Positions 13,501-26,356 of a stretch of DNA of 64,000 bases are shown piece after piece. A program made the translations under genes and the position numbers. Position 1 is the first letter of the stretch. Each line of letters opens with the position of its first letter. Source of the stretch: Amoeboaphelidium protococcarum X5 (taxonomy: Eukaryota > Fungi > Aphelidiomycota). Under the pieces are notes generated by a model that worked only from the letters and a program-made list of their open reading frames with translations, did not search any database and was not told the origin of the DNA. The DNA is taken from the NCBI GenBank assembly GCA_023515725.1, contig JALDTO010000098.1:1204164-1268163 (forward strand), given 5' to 3'.

Positions 13501-16500
13501 TTTATCAGATTTATATTGATGTTGATACGGAAGATTTGACGAAAGTTGCTGCACAAAAGCTCGAGAAAGACATGCAAGTAACTGTGGCTTATGGTGCGTC
13601 CTCTACTTCTAAGTAGTCTGCTGTGCTTAAATAGTATGAAAGTGGTCCAAACAAGTCGATTCTGGTTGACGACAATTTTGAAGTCCTGCTTGAGGTGTCT
13701 GCTGGAAAAGATGAGCAAGGGCGTTTGGTATTACGTGCTGTATCTTTGGATCGCTTAATGTAGCTTCTTATTGGTGGTATCACGTCGATTAAAGATATCA
13801 AAATGCTTCAAACAGTCGGTGTGTCTATGGATAAAGTGAACGAGGTGGATAATCTGCTAATTCATAGCTACTTGAGTGTGTACAGAACTTTTTAGACTCC
13901 CATTTAGCTATTAGAAGTTTTGAAAAGACTCTGGTCTTAATGTGATAAAGAATCTGTTGAGGCCGCTCGTAGTTAGAAGCGGGGCAGAATCTTGCAAATT
14001 ATTGAGTTTTGGCTTAAAGATTATAGAGACGATTTTATGGACAGTTTACCATTGTAGGAAGGTGTAAGATAGGCTTTGTCCATTTTTTATAAAGTCCCGC
14101 CTTTAAAGGAAGCTGTTGGCAAGATCTAATCTAAAATTGGGACGATATTTTATGAGCCTTTTGTTGATGATAGTTGCTTTATCATGACTAAAGCTCCTAG
14201 CGATAATATCAATTTGCCAGATTTTGACTCCTTGACTGTAAAGTAAATGCATCAGTCTCTACAATTATTGGTCAGTAGGATGTATTAGCAAGTCGGTGTC
14301 AATGACTGGTTTAAACTGAACGATGTCATTTCGCTTTCAATGTCTCAATCTACTTTGTCTCATCATCAACTGTAGTTGCAGATTAAGTAGCTTTAGGCAA
14401 GTTCTGATGATCATACTGGTCATCATTCTGGTGTGATTTCCTTGGAGGAATGTCTATCACTTATTTAAATTCCAGTCTACAGCTATTCCGCAGATTCTAA
14501 TACCGTGAAGTAGCCAACTCCACGCACTGCAAGGCGTAACGTTGTAAGCAGACTTGGCTTTGATTAGAACATGGAATCTGCTACTGTTACCAGCACTTAT
14601 GCTCCCCTGATTACTGCAGTTCCATAAAATTTGCAGTCTATTCATCATTTCTAGCAGAATCTTGTGGACTGGACCATCCATTGTATCGTGTCTGCGTCAT
14701 CTGGGAGGCTGAGAGTCGTGAGATTGAAAAAGTTTATAGAGCTTGCCCGCTTATGTCGCGATTAAATTTCTAAGTATAATCTCATCACAGACTCTATCAT
14801 CCATGCTTTGGTGTCGCTGCAGAGTCGTTGTTTTGGAAAGTCATGGCAAATAATGACTGAAATGCCTTTGGAGGGTATTGAGCTGAAGCTGAATAAGTCA
14901 GATAGAGATTCTGTCGCCGTAGCAGAGACTTACATGGAGTTGCTCGAGGCATTGCATCGTGAATAGTCTTTGATGAGTTCTACATCTGTCTTGTCAGAGC
15001 TAGTCGGATAGATTTATTATCTTTCTCCCCTATGTGTCTTCAGTATCCTATGTAATCTTACCCTCAGTCAGTTTGATGAGTATTTTATTCACAATGATGG
15101 TAAAAAATTGAAGCTATCAGGTAATTACAAGTAGTCCTAGACTGCCGGTGGATTTACGAAGGCAATATCAGCGAATTAAGGCTTACCATTGATCAATATT
15201 GGAAGAAGGCTCCAGGCGTTTTAGCTAATACAGAAGCTCGGCTCTAGGAAATAGAGACCTTTTTTCGCCGATTAGAGTCTTCAAGATGGTGTAGATGAGT
15301 TATTACTGAATTTTCTGTTAGTTCCTAGCTCAGTGCACTAGGCGCCTGGCTCTGTGTGTGACTATGATTCTGCGGTATCGGCCGCTAATCGAGACAATGA
15401 GCGGGTCAAAGTTCAGATTGCTCTATTTAAATCGATTTCAGACTAATTGAAAGCGCGACACAAACTCAAGCTGAAAGAGTTTAAGAAGTTATAGTTGGTG
15501 TATGAGAAGGACAAGGACAGAGAGAAGTCCCGCAGTCCAAGTAGACCGACTAGTTCGATTGGAAGACCGTTGAAAGATTTAGGTGCCTTGGTTGGAAGTG
15601 GTAGTAGCCCGATGCTTAATAATCTTTTGCGCACTGGTAGCTAGAGAAAGTAGGCTACACACTCAGTTGATTCTTTGAGTGGAAATACTAGTGAACTGTC
15701 TCGTCCAGTGTCCGCAGAGCCGTCAAAGTAAAGATCTAGTGTGTAGAGAAAGTTGTCCGCATTCAAATCTGTCCCGGAGCTAAAAGTCGATAGTAAAGAG
15801 AAAATTGATGTTGCCTCTCTTATGAAATCTAGCTCCAATATACGTGATAAGCCGACGAATAGTAGCTCATAGTATAAGTTGGATACGCTTTCTCCATCAC
15901 CGTCTGAGCAGGTGTACAAAAAGTAAATGGAAAGCAGTGCATTTTCTCTAGAAGATAGACCATTGGATCCCAAGACTGATAAGCCAGTAAAGGTGGTCTC
16001 TCTTATGCATTCTCGTAGCCATGTGGCATCTGATTATGCTCGCCGGAATTATGTTTTCCGCATACTGACTGATGATGATTAGGAGATCCTATTGCAAGCA
16101 GCATCCCAGGATGAAATGTTTGACTGGATACGCAAGTTGAATGAGGCTAGTTTCGAGAGTCTGCGCAAGATGGAAGATTCTCGTTTGAATTTGATTTAGG
16201 AAGCAGAGCCGGTGGTTGATGTTGCTAGCAATACAGCCTCGCAGTAGTCATTGAATAGTAAATCCGGTGCGAATACTGGAAATCTTGGCCGTAAATAGTC
16301 GTAGATTCAAAGTGGTAATGCCAAGGATAAGTTGTAGCCGAATGCTGTAGACGCTCCTAAACGTGCCAAGTCAAAGTTGGCGAAATCAACAAGTGATCAA
16401 CCAAAAGTCTTTAAAGTCCCTCTGATGAGTATTTTGCAACATGAGCTTGCATAAAAGGAAGTTATTGCCAAGATGCCTTAATTATCTGGTACCAGCCGAT

Positions 16501-17792
16501 TTTAATCTCTATTTAAGAAGAAGCCTGCTGCTGCTACAGTCGAAGTTTAAGATTCTGATATGGCAGCGAAACACCCGTCGACGATTGTATGGGATGAATC
16601 GAACAGCCTCCCTTTGATTGTCGAGAAATGTCTTGCAGAGATTGAAGCTCGCGGTCTGACGGAGATTGGTATTTATCGTCTTTCTGGCTCCAACAATGCT
16701 ATAAAAGATTTACGTAACTCTTTTGACGCCGATCCATTTGCTGTGAATTTGAAGGATAAGCAGTATGGAGACATCAATGTTATCTCTGGTGTGTTGAAGA
16801 TGTTCTTGCGAGAGATGCCTGAGCCTCTTCTGACTTTTGACCTCTTTGATAAATTTATGGCTGCTGCAGAGTTGGTAGATTATAATGATCGATTGATTGC
16901 TATAAAGACGTTGGTGCACAGTTTGCCTCGTCCTAATTTCTATATCCTTAAGAGATTAATTGAACATCTTCAATTGGTCACTGACTATGAGGAAACTAAT
17001 CATATGTACGCGTCCAATCTGGCTATTGTATTTGGCACTAATGTCTGCCGTCCACCGCCTGTGCATTGGTATTAGCATAGAGCTAATATGAGCTAGAATG
17101 GTTCTCAGTCGGTGTAGTAATAGTAATCCGGTCATGGTGAGTCCGCGCAGCCTAATTAAGCCTCCGACCATCCTTCTGCTCTTGGCGACGCGGAAGTGGA
17201 CAACAATGACAACTTGGCTAGCACTATGCAACATTTGGGTAAATGTACCACCATTGTCAAGAATATGATTTTGCAAGCCGAATGGCTATTTATGACTGAT
17301 GAAGAATATTTTAGGAATGAAGAGAATGCGCGTGCGGCAGAGTAGTAGTAGCAATTAATGTAGTAATAAGGGGTTTATAATGATGGTGAATATCACAATA
17401 ATAATGAAAAGTCTCTTGAGTAGTAATTGCTGGAGATTAACGTTCCTACTTATAACTCGTCCCTCTGCGATGATCTCATAATTGAAGAGATTTTAACTGA
17501 TGAGATTGTACCGCTGGAGCATGACTTTGTTTAGCAGTTGGCGGATTAGCTGACTCCTACATTGAAATTTCAGGAATAGCAGCAGTAGTAGTAGGATTAG
17601 CCTTTGTAATCGGAACAATTGGAGCCGAGTGTGACTAAAGCTTCTTCCATGAGTTAGCACTAAATGTTTCAGTTTTAACGTCGCGGTCACCTCTCTATAA
17701 TCTCGTAGGCTGATACTTTGCTCAATCCAAACAGTCTTATTAATGATCCCAGTCCTCTGGCAAGAAATGAAAGGTCCACAGAATAGTTATGA
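10518..17792 (+). CDS. Bem2-like multidomain signalling protein (PH, RasGEF-like regions, PH, RhoGAP), ~2420 aa
   Basis: Single frame from ATG 10518 to TGA 17790-17792. N-terminal PH (DGFLNRK...KQWK...LRGSKLYFF), RasGEF-N-like (YLSVYRTFQTP, ILQIIEFWLKDYRDDF), PH (YARRNYVFRI...EMFDWIRKL), RhoGAP (PLIVEKCLAEIEARGL.EIGIYRLSG, LKMFLREMPEPL, NHMYASNLAIVFG). Confidence 0.85.
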
Positions 17793-17933
17793 TGCTTTTG
17801 ATGTCTATTGATGAAGATTTAATATAATAGGCTGGAAATTAAAGTTGGTTCTTTTAAAAATGCATTACTAAATACTTTCATCTCAAATAAATCAACTCAT
17901 TCATGCTTCTATTATCTAGTTCTATTCAAGAGC

Positions 17934-19112
17934 TCAAGCGGACACTATATTAGACGCTGATGTGGTCACGTTCTTTTTGTATGCGACCCTCATTTCATGA
18001 AGATACCAATTGGATTTAATGTCGAATCCGACTACAATTAGATTGTCGCCGCCATTAGCATGCATATCTTCATCCGAAGGCCATCCTTACTACTAACCAT
18101 TCATCTTTTCGGAGGAGAGTATGTTACCGGTAACACTTTAATAACTTTTTAAATTGTCCATGAACTAACTACCGATAAAAGTCAGATGACTAAACCCAGT
18201 TGTAGAAGTCATGACACGGCGCTTCGGATTATTCTTATCTGGGAGATTGGTAGTATCTTCTTGAGCTCTAAGTGCATTACACAGACCATAGCATGGACTA
18301 ACTGCACCATCAGAACAAGTGATAGAGAACGACTCAATCAGATCACTCACAGTGGCAGTCATAGTCTAGACGAACGCGCCTTCAGGACACACGAAAGGAT
18401 CACCGCCAGCCTATTGACGGCCATCGGAAGCGCTGCCGTAAGTATAAGCGCTTAGAGCATAAGAACCAGGTGCTAAGGTGAAAGCAGGCTTTGGTTTAAC
18501 CAAACCCGGGAAGGTATCTGTGGCGTTGACGCGATACATGACCTTGAGCATCGTGATCTAATCATCTCCAGCCATTTTCACTTGGAATCCAGTGATGATC
18601 GGGTTCTACCCATCACTCTGTACCTGAATGGGATCCAATGGAGATGGGAAAGCCTGGCCAAATTCGTTGGTATCCTCACTCTCACTAATCAGATGACCGG
18701 TGGTAGATTCTGCACTAAACATGGCATTGATCTGATTATCATCATCCTTGATGTACAACTAGGAGAAACCTTATGAGTTGTACATTTGCATCATCTTGGT
18801 CTGGTCCTGTGTTCCCTTCTCACCAGGCCCAGCAAATATGTAACCAGTATTCTAAGCCGGACCGCAGCCACCATAACAGTCAGACGTTGTGCCATCAGAG
18901 CAGACAAAGCGCAGACTGCGAAGACGAGAGCTCACGGTGCCATTGATACCGACAATGTACGCGTTACCAGGACACTGGAAAGGATTAGAGGTGGGTGCGT
19001 ATTCACCAGCGTCTTTTCCATAGGTGACCTGAGACGCCATTGTCTCAGCAGCAATAGCAACGGAAGATAGGCAGGCCAATGCAACGAGAGTAAGAGTATT
19101 AGCGATCATCAT
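17934..19112 (-). CDS. Secreted protein (392 aa) with repeated jacalin/beta-prism-like domains
   Basis: Signal peptide MMIANTLTLVALACLSSVAIAA. Two homologous units: PFQCPGNAYIVGINGTVSSRLRSLRFVCSDGTTSDCYG and PFVCPEGAFVQTMTATVSDLIESFSITCSDGAVSPCYG. TGA at 17936-17934. The lectin call is inference. Confidence 0.7.
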
Positions 19113-19745
19113 GTCAATGAATGAATGTATGGATATGCACTTTCTATATCTTTATAAATGGGATTCAAGATTGTAAACTCAAAAAGAAAGGGGAGGCTGA
19201 GTCTCAAAATATGTAGTAGAGTGATACTTCAGGTGATATTAAATCTCATGGTGACACTCGCCAGTTGAATTGCTACGTGGCAATTTCTAATGATCCCCAT
19301 AGGATCACAACAACTTGAATCAGACGTTGCGTTACAATCACGAGTTTTTCTAGACTTAAGTATCCATTTTACAATGCTGAGACTTTACTAATCAGACGTC
19401 TACTTGTTTCATTAAATTTTACTTATATTCAAAATTGTATTTACTGATTCTCATTCAAGCTAGGGCGCCGTACGTCAAGGGCTTCATATAGTTGTTTCAG
19501 CGTATGAGTCAACACAGCCGCGTCTCATCATTTATCTCCAATCTCTTCGCTATGTGGTTGGGGAAAGTACAGTACGCGCGCGATAATCTTCAACGATAGT
19601 TGTTTTCTCTCTCTCTCTCACACACACATTCTTCCTCGTTTATTCATCCAACATCTTATTATTTCAGTTTCGATCAGTATTTGATTTTAGTGTTCACAGT
19701 CAACCATTATATATTGTAGAAGTAATCTGCCTTTATTAGTAAAGT

Positions 19746-20942
19746 ATGACTTCAATTAACAAAAATAAGGGTGATGGAAGCATTAAGGGCATTTTAAAGT
19801 CTGAAGATGAGCTGTATTAGAACAGCGGTGATGTCGCAATGCAGGTTGAAGTTGATACTAGTATTTCATAGCAGCGGTAGAGCGAAGGTGGTGGTGGTGG
19901 TAGTGGCAAGAGGATTAAATGGGACGAAGATAATCTAATGGCTGCGGAATGTGAGAGGGGAACTCGGTAAAAGATTACAGAACCAAAGACGCCATATGTA
20001 AAGTATGATGAAGATAATGACACTGTGCAGATTCATCGCTCCTCCTCTGGATAGTGGCTTCCCCCTCTGAAGTTGAATGAGGCTGCCCTGGAGCAAGCAC
20101 TGGCCAATGTCGCTCATCATCCCTCGATTGATATTGATGACAAGATCTCAGTGACTTCATCATCTAATTACAATAATAATGATAATAATAGGCGAGCATC
20201 ATCACGCATGTCCACCGGTAGTAATAGTGGTATTGTGGCTGTAGATACTGCCACTACTGATTCTAATCATCACCATTTCCCCTCCTCCTCGTCTTATAAT
20301 GAGTGGGACACTACGGCAAGTGAGGGAGAGAATGCAATGGTGGATAGCGATGGTGATTTTATTTATATCGATGCTTCCAGCGCTGCGGAATATGAATAGA
20401 AGAAGAAGAAGTTTTTCAAATTAAGATCGCAGCACTATGATATGAAGAATGCTCTCAGGCGTGGTAAGGATCTTTTGTCCACTGAGGATGATGATAATTA
20501 TGATGCGGCTGAAGGTTAAAGCATATAAGACAACGGTAGTAATGGTAATTCAGATTCTGATGAAAGTTATGATAGTGATGGAGATTCTGATGTTAATGAA
20601 GATGGTTATACGGATCCTGGTAGAAATGATGTCCCTCGTTCCAAGAGTATGACTTCCGCGAGTAGTCAGTCTTCAGGACATATCAGATTGTTTAGAGATT
20701 AGCCTCTCAAGCCAGCTCTGGTTAAACCATAAGCTGGAAGTATCTCCAGCACTGTGGGTGGCGACGTTCAGGGGGATAAAGATTCCATTAAACGTGGTAG
20801 ATAGGCATCTGATGGTGTGTAATCATTTCAGTCATCTGATAAGACTGGAGCATCATCATATCGATCACGGTCCACCTCATCCAAGCGCGATAAGCATGTT
20901 CGCATTGTAGATTCTCGAACTAAGATGAAGGATGATATCTGA
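19746..20942 (+). CDS. Protein phosphatase 1 inhibitor-2 (IPP-2/Glc8/PPP1R2 family)
   Basis: KGILK, RIKWDEDNL, KITEPKTPY and FFKLRSQHYDMKNAL motifs in the canonical order; TGA 20940-20942. Confidence 0.88.
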
Positions 20943-21124
20943 ATATGTAAATTCTAGATAGATTTTGCTATTATTGTTATTCTGAAAGTTTGATGCGTGC
21001 TTTGTTTTTATATCGTGCGTCAAAGATTGATAATGATCCAACATGTAAATGTAAACAAATTAAGGAGTAAAAAGTGCTATAATATTATAAAAAATAGAAT
21101 ATATTAAAGTAGCGAAACATCAGA

Positions 21125-22957
21125 TCATCGGGGCAGAGGTGCTTACTAACCACCCGGCGAACCTCCTGCTTAAGGTCCGACAGAAGGCAAAGCTTCACCT
21201 TCAGGCGGGATTGCACCATCCTGAGGACCTTATTTTAAGGCGAGCAGAGTGTCCAAACTTTATTACATTGCGACATCATCTTCAGCCGGCACGGCGCTAA
21301 CTAGATCAGTAACTGCAGCCTAGAATTCTGGATCGTTCATATCGACGGGAGGAGCAGTACCTTCAGGTGGTTCATAGGCCAAGTATTAGTCCAATCCTTG
21401 TTTGAATTGATCAAAATTTTGCGAACCAATGCCTTCCAGCATATCTTGGAATGCAACAGCGAGCTCCTCTGGAACTTCAGGCTCTGCACCTTCTTCTTCT
21501 GCGGGAGCTTCTTCAGCCGGAGCTTCTTCTGCTGGTGCCTCTTCACCACCACCTTCTCCTCCTCCTCCTCCTCCACCGCCGCCGCCACCTCCGCCGCCGT
21601 CCCCACCAGCTGCTGAAGCATCTATAGCTGCCTTAGTTTCTTCAACAGCCGCTTCTGCATCGGCAACAGCTTGTTGAGCTTCACCTGCCAAATCCTCACC
21701 AGCAGCAGGATTAGTAATCCCACCAGGATCGCCAGTTTCACTTGCATCAGCGGGCATTTCTTCACTGCCAGTTTGAGCAGGCTCTTCGGCCGCAGGCTCT
21801 GTCGCAGGGCCGGCATCTGCTGGACTTTCAGGCGAAGCTTCGGTAGCACCTGGTGATGATGCTTCTGGACTTTCTGGGGTAGATCCAGCTGTCGAAGGAG
21901 CTGCGGGTTCAGCAGCTTCTGGCATCTCAGGCTGCGCGGGACCTTCTTATGCAGGAGGCGCCGGAGAGCTAGAATCTGCAGGAGGGGGAGGAGTACTTGG
22001 ATTTTCGGGTGATGTAGTAGGTGGAGGTGTGCTCGGATTACCAGCTGGATTGGAAGGCGGGCCGCCTGGAGTTCCAGGTGGTGTAGTAGGAGGTGTACCA
22101 GGAGTTCCAGGTGGTGTAGGAGAGGTAGGACCTGTTGGATTAACAGGGGGAGCAATTGGATTCACAGCTGGATTTGCAGGGACTACTGGAGGGGCCGGAG
22201 TAATTGGGCCCGTTGGAGGGATAGGAGGAGGTGGAACGGCTGGATTGAGAGGAGGAGAGGGAGTACTTGGATTTACTGGTGCAGGCATAGGATTCACAGG
22301 TTTAACATCGCCAGGTTTAGGACCTATGCCAGATTCTTATCCTTTACCGGGCAACGTAGGACCGACAGGCTGCTTACTGACAGGAACACCAGGATTATTT
22401 CCTCCGCCTGGGACTTGCGGCTTGTTTCCAACATTGCCCATTCCGCCCATACCTGGTTATTGAGCAGGAGCGCCACCAGCCATTGGAAGGCCAGAAAATC
22501 CTTGACCAGGGCGGCCCATTCCACCAGGCATTACACCAGAGCCACCCATTGGACCGGATGCACCCATACCGCCTGGAATGTTACTACCCATCGGACCAGA
22601 TGCGCCCATTCCACCAGGCATGCCATTACCCATCGGGCCGGATGCACCCATACCAGTTGGCATCTTACCAAGACCACCCATGCCAGGCATTCCAGCACCA
22701 CGGTCACCCATCATACCGCCGCCGGGACCGCCCATACCGCCCAGAGCTCCGGCACCTTTTCCAGCGCCACCCATACCAGCGCCGCCCATGCCACCACCGC
22801 CCATACCGCCTCCTTTAGGCCCGCCCGCACCACCTTTGCCTTGTCTTTTAAAGAGGTGGATATCGCGTATTCCGTCATTTAATTACAGATTTTACACAGG
22901 AATACAGTCTGTTGTAATGCTCATCATCACAATGATAAGCAGCATCCATCGTTTCAT
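21125..22957 (-). CDS. Secreted low-complexity Gly/Met/Pro/Glu-Ala-rich protein (610 aa)
   Basis: MKRWMLLIIVMMSITTDC signal-like N-terminus, LFKR dibasic site, GMGASGPMG repeats, Pro-rich block, EEAPA repeats, short helical C-terminal domain; one frame open to TGA 21127-21125. Confidence 0.8.
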
Positions 22958-23353
22958 TTACATCACGCCAGAAACTCTTTGCATAGTCTTAAATTCAGTT
23001 ATTCCCATCTCAGTTTCAATTCAGATTATATATATATAAAACACACAGGATATGAAATGGATAAATGGATAACAAAGAGATTAATATTAAAAAGTAAAGC
23101 TGAGCGACTATGGATGGCCACAAAGCTAGTTTCGATAAGGCAAGTCGATGGGTCACACAACAAGTCATTTCACTGATCAGATGTTACACCAGTACACCAA
23201 CCTTTTAAAGGCCAATCAGTGACTTCCAGAAAAAAATATGCCATTAGAGTAGATTTTAATGCAGCTAATTTATGAAAGTTTATTACACGTACCAATTCAT
23301 ATTGGTATCGTTAAGTAGTATCAGGATTCGACCACATCATACTATGACCTTTC

Positions 23354-23396
23354 CACACACACACACACACGCACGCACGCACGCACACGCAGACAC
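23354..23396 (+). repeat. (CA)n/(CGCA)n microsatellite downstream of the Fanzor ORF
   Basis: Visible directly: cacacacacacacacacgcacgcacgcacgcacacgcagacac. Confidence 0.85.
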
Positions 23397-23638
23397 AGAG
23401 ATAGAATAGAGAGAGGCCTTTCATTTAAAAGGGATGAAACAATGTCGAACATGTGGGTTAATCGATCATTGGTACACTTTAAAAAAGCTCCAGCAATCTT
23501 TTCATTGGGGTCCCCACATAGCCCCTTAATAGCAGAGTAACAGTATAGTACGAGCATAACGATAAGCAATTACAAAACACTTCTATGATTTAATGATCAG
23601 ATGTTAAGCAAGGCGCAATAGAGTCTCTTGCAAGACCT

Positions 23639-25876
23639 TCATATGGACATCACGAACTCCTTGTATAGTGTCTAATCCGCTTAGTTCGCAGTAACCAATT
23701 TCACTTCTTCCTTAGAAAAACTTCGAGACATAACATTGTATGATCCAACATTATCCCGATATGCACGAAAATCACCCAACATGAAGTACTCATCAGCACC
23801 AAGACAGTTATGTAGCACATTCTGAAACGGATGTTGTTTCGACGTAAACTCCTCCGTTGTCACGAGCACTTACTTTCCAGATCTAAATATATTAGCTTAT
23901 GCCATTGCAATAAGTTTCATACGACACTTGTAATGGCTAAACGCCAATAGAGTGTTCCGCGTATTTTTATGGAGAATATGCCCAGAATTTTATTAACCAC
24001 GCGAGTGTGTTACCAGTACATCGGCCGTATCACTTAGAACGGGAGGTAGATTCAAACGCTTTCTCCGTTTCTTCACCATCTTAATAGTCAGAAACTCGGG
24101 AAGAATGATTAGATCATAATGCCGCATCAAAAAGTTGCCAATTCGGTTATGCAAATTCGATACATATGCAGAGAATTTGGTGTAAGCACGACCAATGCCA
24201 ATATCAGTGGGAACAACATTATTCTTTGATTACTTTAATGTGTGCCATAATTCTTTCTTCTACGCTTTAAACTCCTCCAGACTCAATTGTCCATTCTGTA
24301 AAGCAGCTGCGCGATTATCCATCTAATCTTTCAGAGACTATGCATTGGAAATCTATTTACTCTTATTCTTATAAAGCTACTTGAAATCAGGCGCAATCGC
24401 AATGAATGACCTGCGATCCAAATCGAAGACGGTCATGCTCACTCTAACACCTGGATCCACCGAGCAAGTGTTTCCAGTTTAACGGCAACGCGCATCACGG
24501 CGGCTTATAAATGATCTAGCACCTTCAAGATTCTCATCTGCATTATTCATATCTTGCAGTTGCTAGTAATACCAATCAGTGAATGGACCTTATATACAGG
24601 AGGCATCATACGAAACAATCACAAAGAACTTTTTTCTTCTTTTCACGAGCTTGAACTCTCTTCCTCTGCCATAGCCAAACTTGATGAAACGGGGCCAGTA
24701 GTCAATCTTGCCAGGCTCTTAGAATAGAGGATCTTTGGCATACAGTTTCCCAAAGCTCTTGAGGAATGAAGGCAGTAGGCGGACGCGATTGCTATCTGGA
24801 TCTACACGGGCATCTTACGCTTGAAACTGGAGCATCTAAAACTAATCATCATCTCTATTTGGCATAAAGTTGTAGTCTTTGATATCACCCTTTGTATACT
24901 TCTCATGAGCCGCATAGTAATACGTGCGAGTCGCATTAATAATCTCATCTTGCACTGTAGATGGCATTCGCATCCAACGCAATCTTGGGTCGTCATCAGG
25001 CACGCGGCACTTTTTGGCTTTGACTTAACTTAGCGCAACATGGTTCCTTAGCGCTTGTATTGATACCTTTTCTCCTTAATCTCTGGAATCATTCAAAATG
25101 TTAATGATGAAATTGACCATTTGAAACTTGAGATCCAGCCATTCATTGAATTTGTGTATGAACTTCTTATCAGGGAATATACGAATATTAATCGAGCGTA
25201 TCTGATCATACTGATTCAGTTCGGCAATCTCTCGCCGATTTTTCATCTTGCCGATTTTTGGTTTCATGTTTTCCAACGCCACTAGAGATTATTCCGAAAG
25301 CTGTAGCACTTTCTTCTTCTTCTTCTTCTTCTTCTTCAAACTCTTAGATGACGACTATTACTGCTTAGATTTCTATTTAGCCATTAGAGAGTCTGTATCT
25401 GATGCAATCTACTGATTCCGCATTTTGGATTCAATGATATTCTCAATTTAATGCTGCACCTGACTAAAACTTTACTTCTCCTGGCTCTCACTTACGTTTT
25501 GTCCCATGTCTTTACGATTCAAATTAGGATTGAACTTTGCTGTTAAGGAGTGTTCTGTTTATTAAGATTACGGTATTTGCCAGTCCTTGTCAGTGCATTT
25601 TAACAACAGTCGTTAATTGAACGCGTCTGTGTTGCCATTCCAAACAAAATGTCCAAACCATTCAGATTTAGTATTATACCAAGGGGCAAATACTGGAGCA
25701 AATGCGGCAAATGATGATGCGCCAAGTTCTTTGACTATCCGAATATCAACTTCATTGATCACCTTAGCACACACGGAGAGAAATCCGGGAATATCTTGAT
25801 GATATGCTTAAGTTTTGAAATCTTCTAGTGCTGTCTTTGCAGCCGCAGATAATTCACGTTTTTGGCTTGGCTACAT
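23639..25876 (-). CDS. Fanzor (eukaryotic TnpB-family RNA-guided endonuclease, Fanzor1-like), ~745 aa (622 aa if the start is ATG 25507)
   Basis: Open frame with TAR=Gln. QIRSINIRIFP (WED start), RWMRMPSTVQDE, RuvC-I CSVDPGVR (D at 24455-24457), NLHNRIGNFLMRHYDLIILPEF, LLAFSHYKCRMKL, shifted RuvC-II TTEEFTSK (E at 23852-23854), RuvC-III YRDNVGSYNV (D at 23753-23755). Lys9 run near the N-terminus. Confidence 0.9.
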
Positions 25877-26356
25877 TTTCAAATGATTATCAGTATTGCG
25901 ATGAAAGAATTAGAACACTGTCAGTATGCATTGAATACAATGCAATGATGAGATGTGACACGACCAGTCATCATTTCATTGTGATATCAATGAGGATGGT
26001 CGCAGCTTAAAACCACTCAGGAGTTATTGGTATTGTTAAGGTATTGAGACAAGCTCAGAAGATTGGCAATAAAGTAAACGAGTAATTAGATTATTGACTT
26101 GTATTGAAGAGTATGTAAAAATATATAGAATCTCATTGATAATCGTATTTAAAATAAGACTAACTATCATACAAATACTTTATGGATAAAAAATTTCAAA
26201 AGGACTTGGTGCACGAATGATTGATCCGCCACAATTTTGACGCTTTTTCACTGAAAGAATCTTGCACCATTTGATTTATTAGCCATTGTACTACTGCACG
26301 TTTTATTGTTCTTGGCAGTATTAAGCTGTGTTCTAGTAGTATAAATCTATAGAGTA

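Noticed and set aside
21337-23039. Multiple overlapping ORFs on both strands
   Set aside because: An artefact of GC-rich Pro/Gly codon repeats; only one frame has a signal peptide and a continuous path to TGA.
23000-26350. Terminal inverted repeats or target-site duplication around the Fanzor
   Set aside because: I found no convincing pair by eye; element ends need multi-copy alignment.
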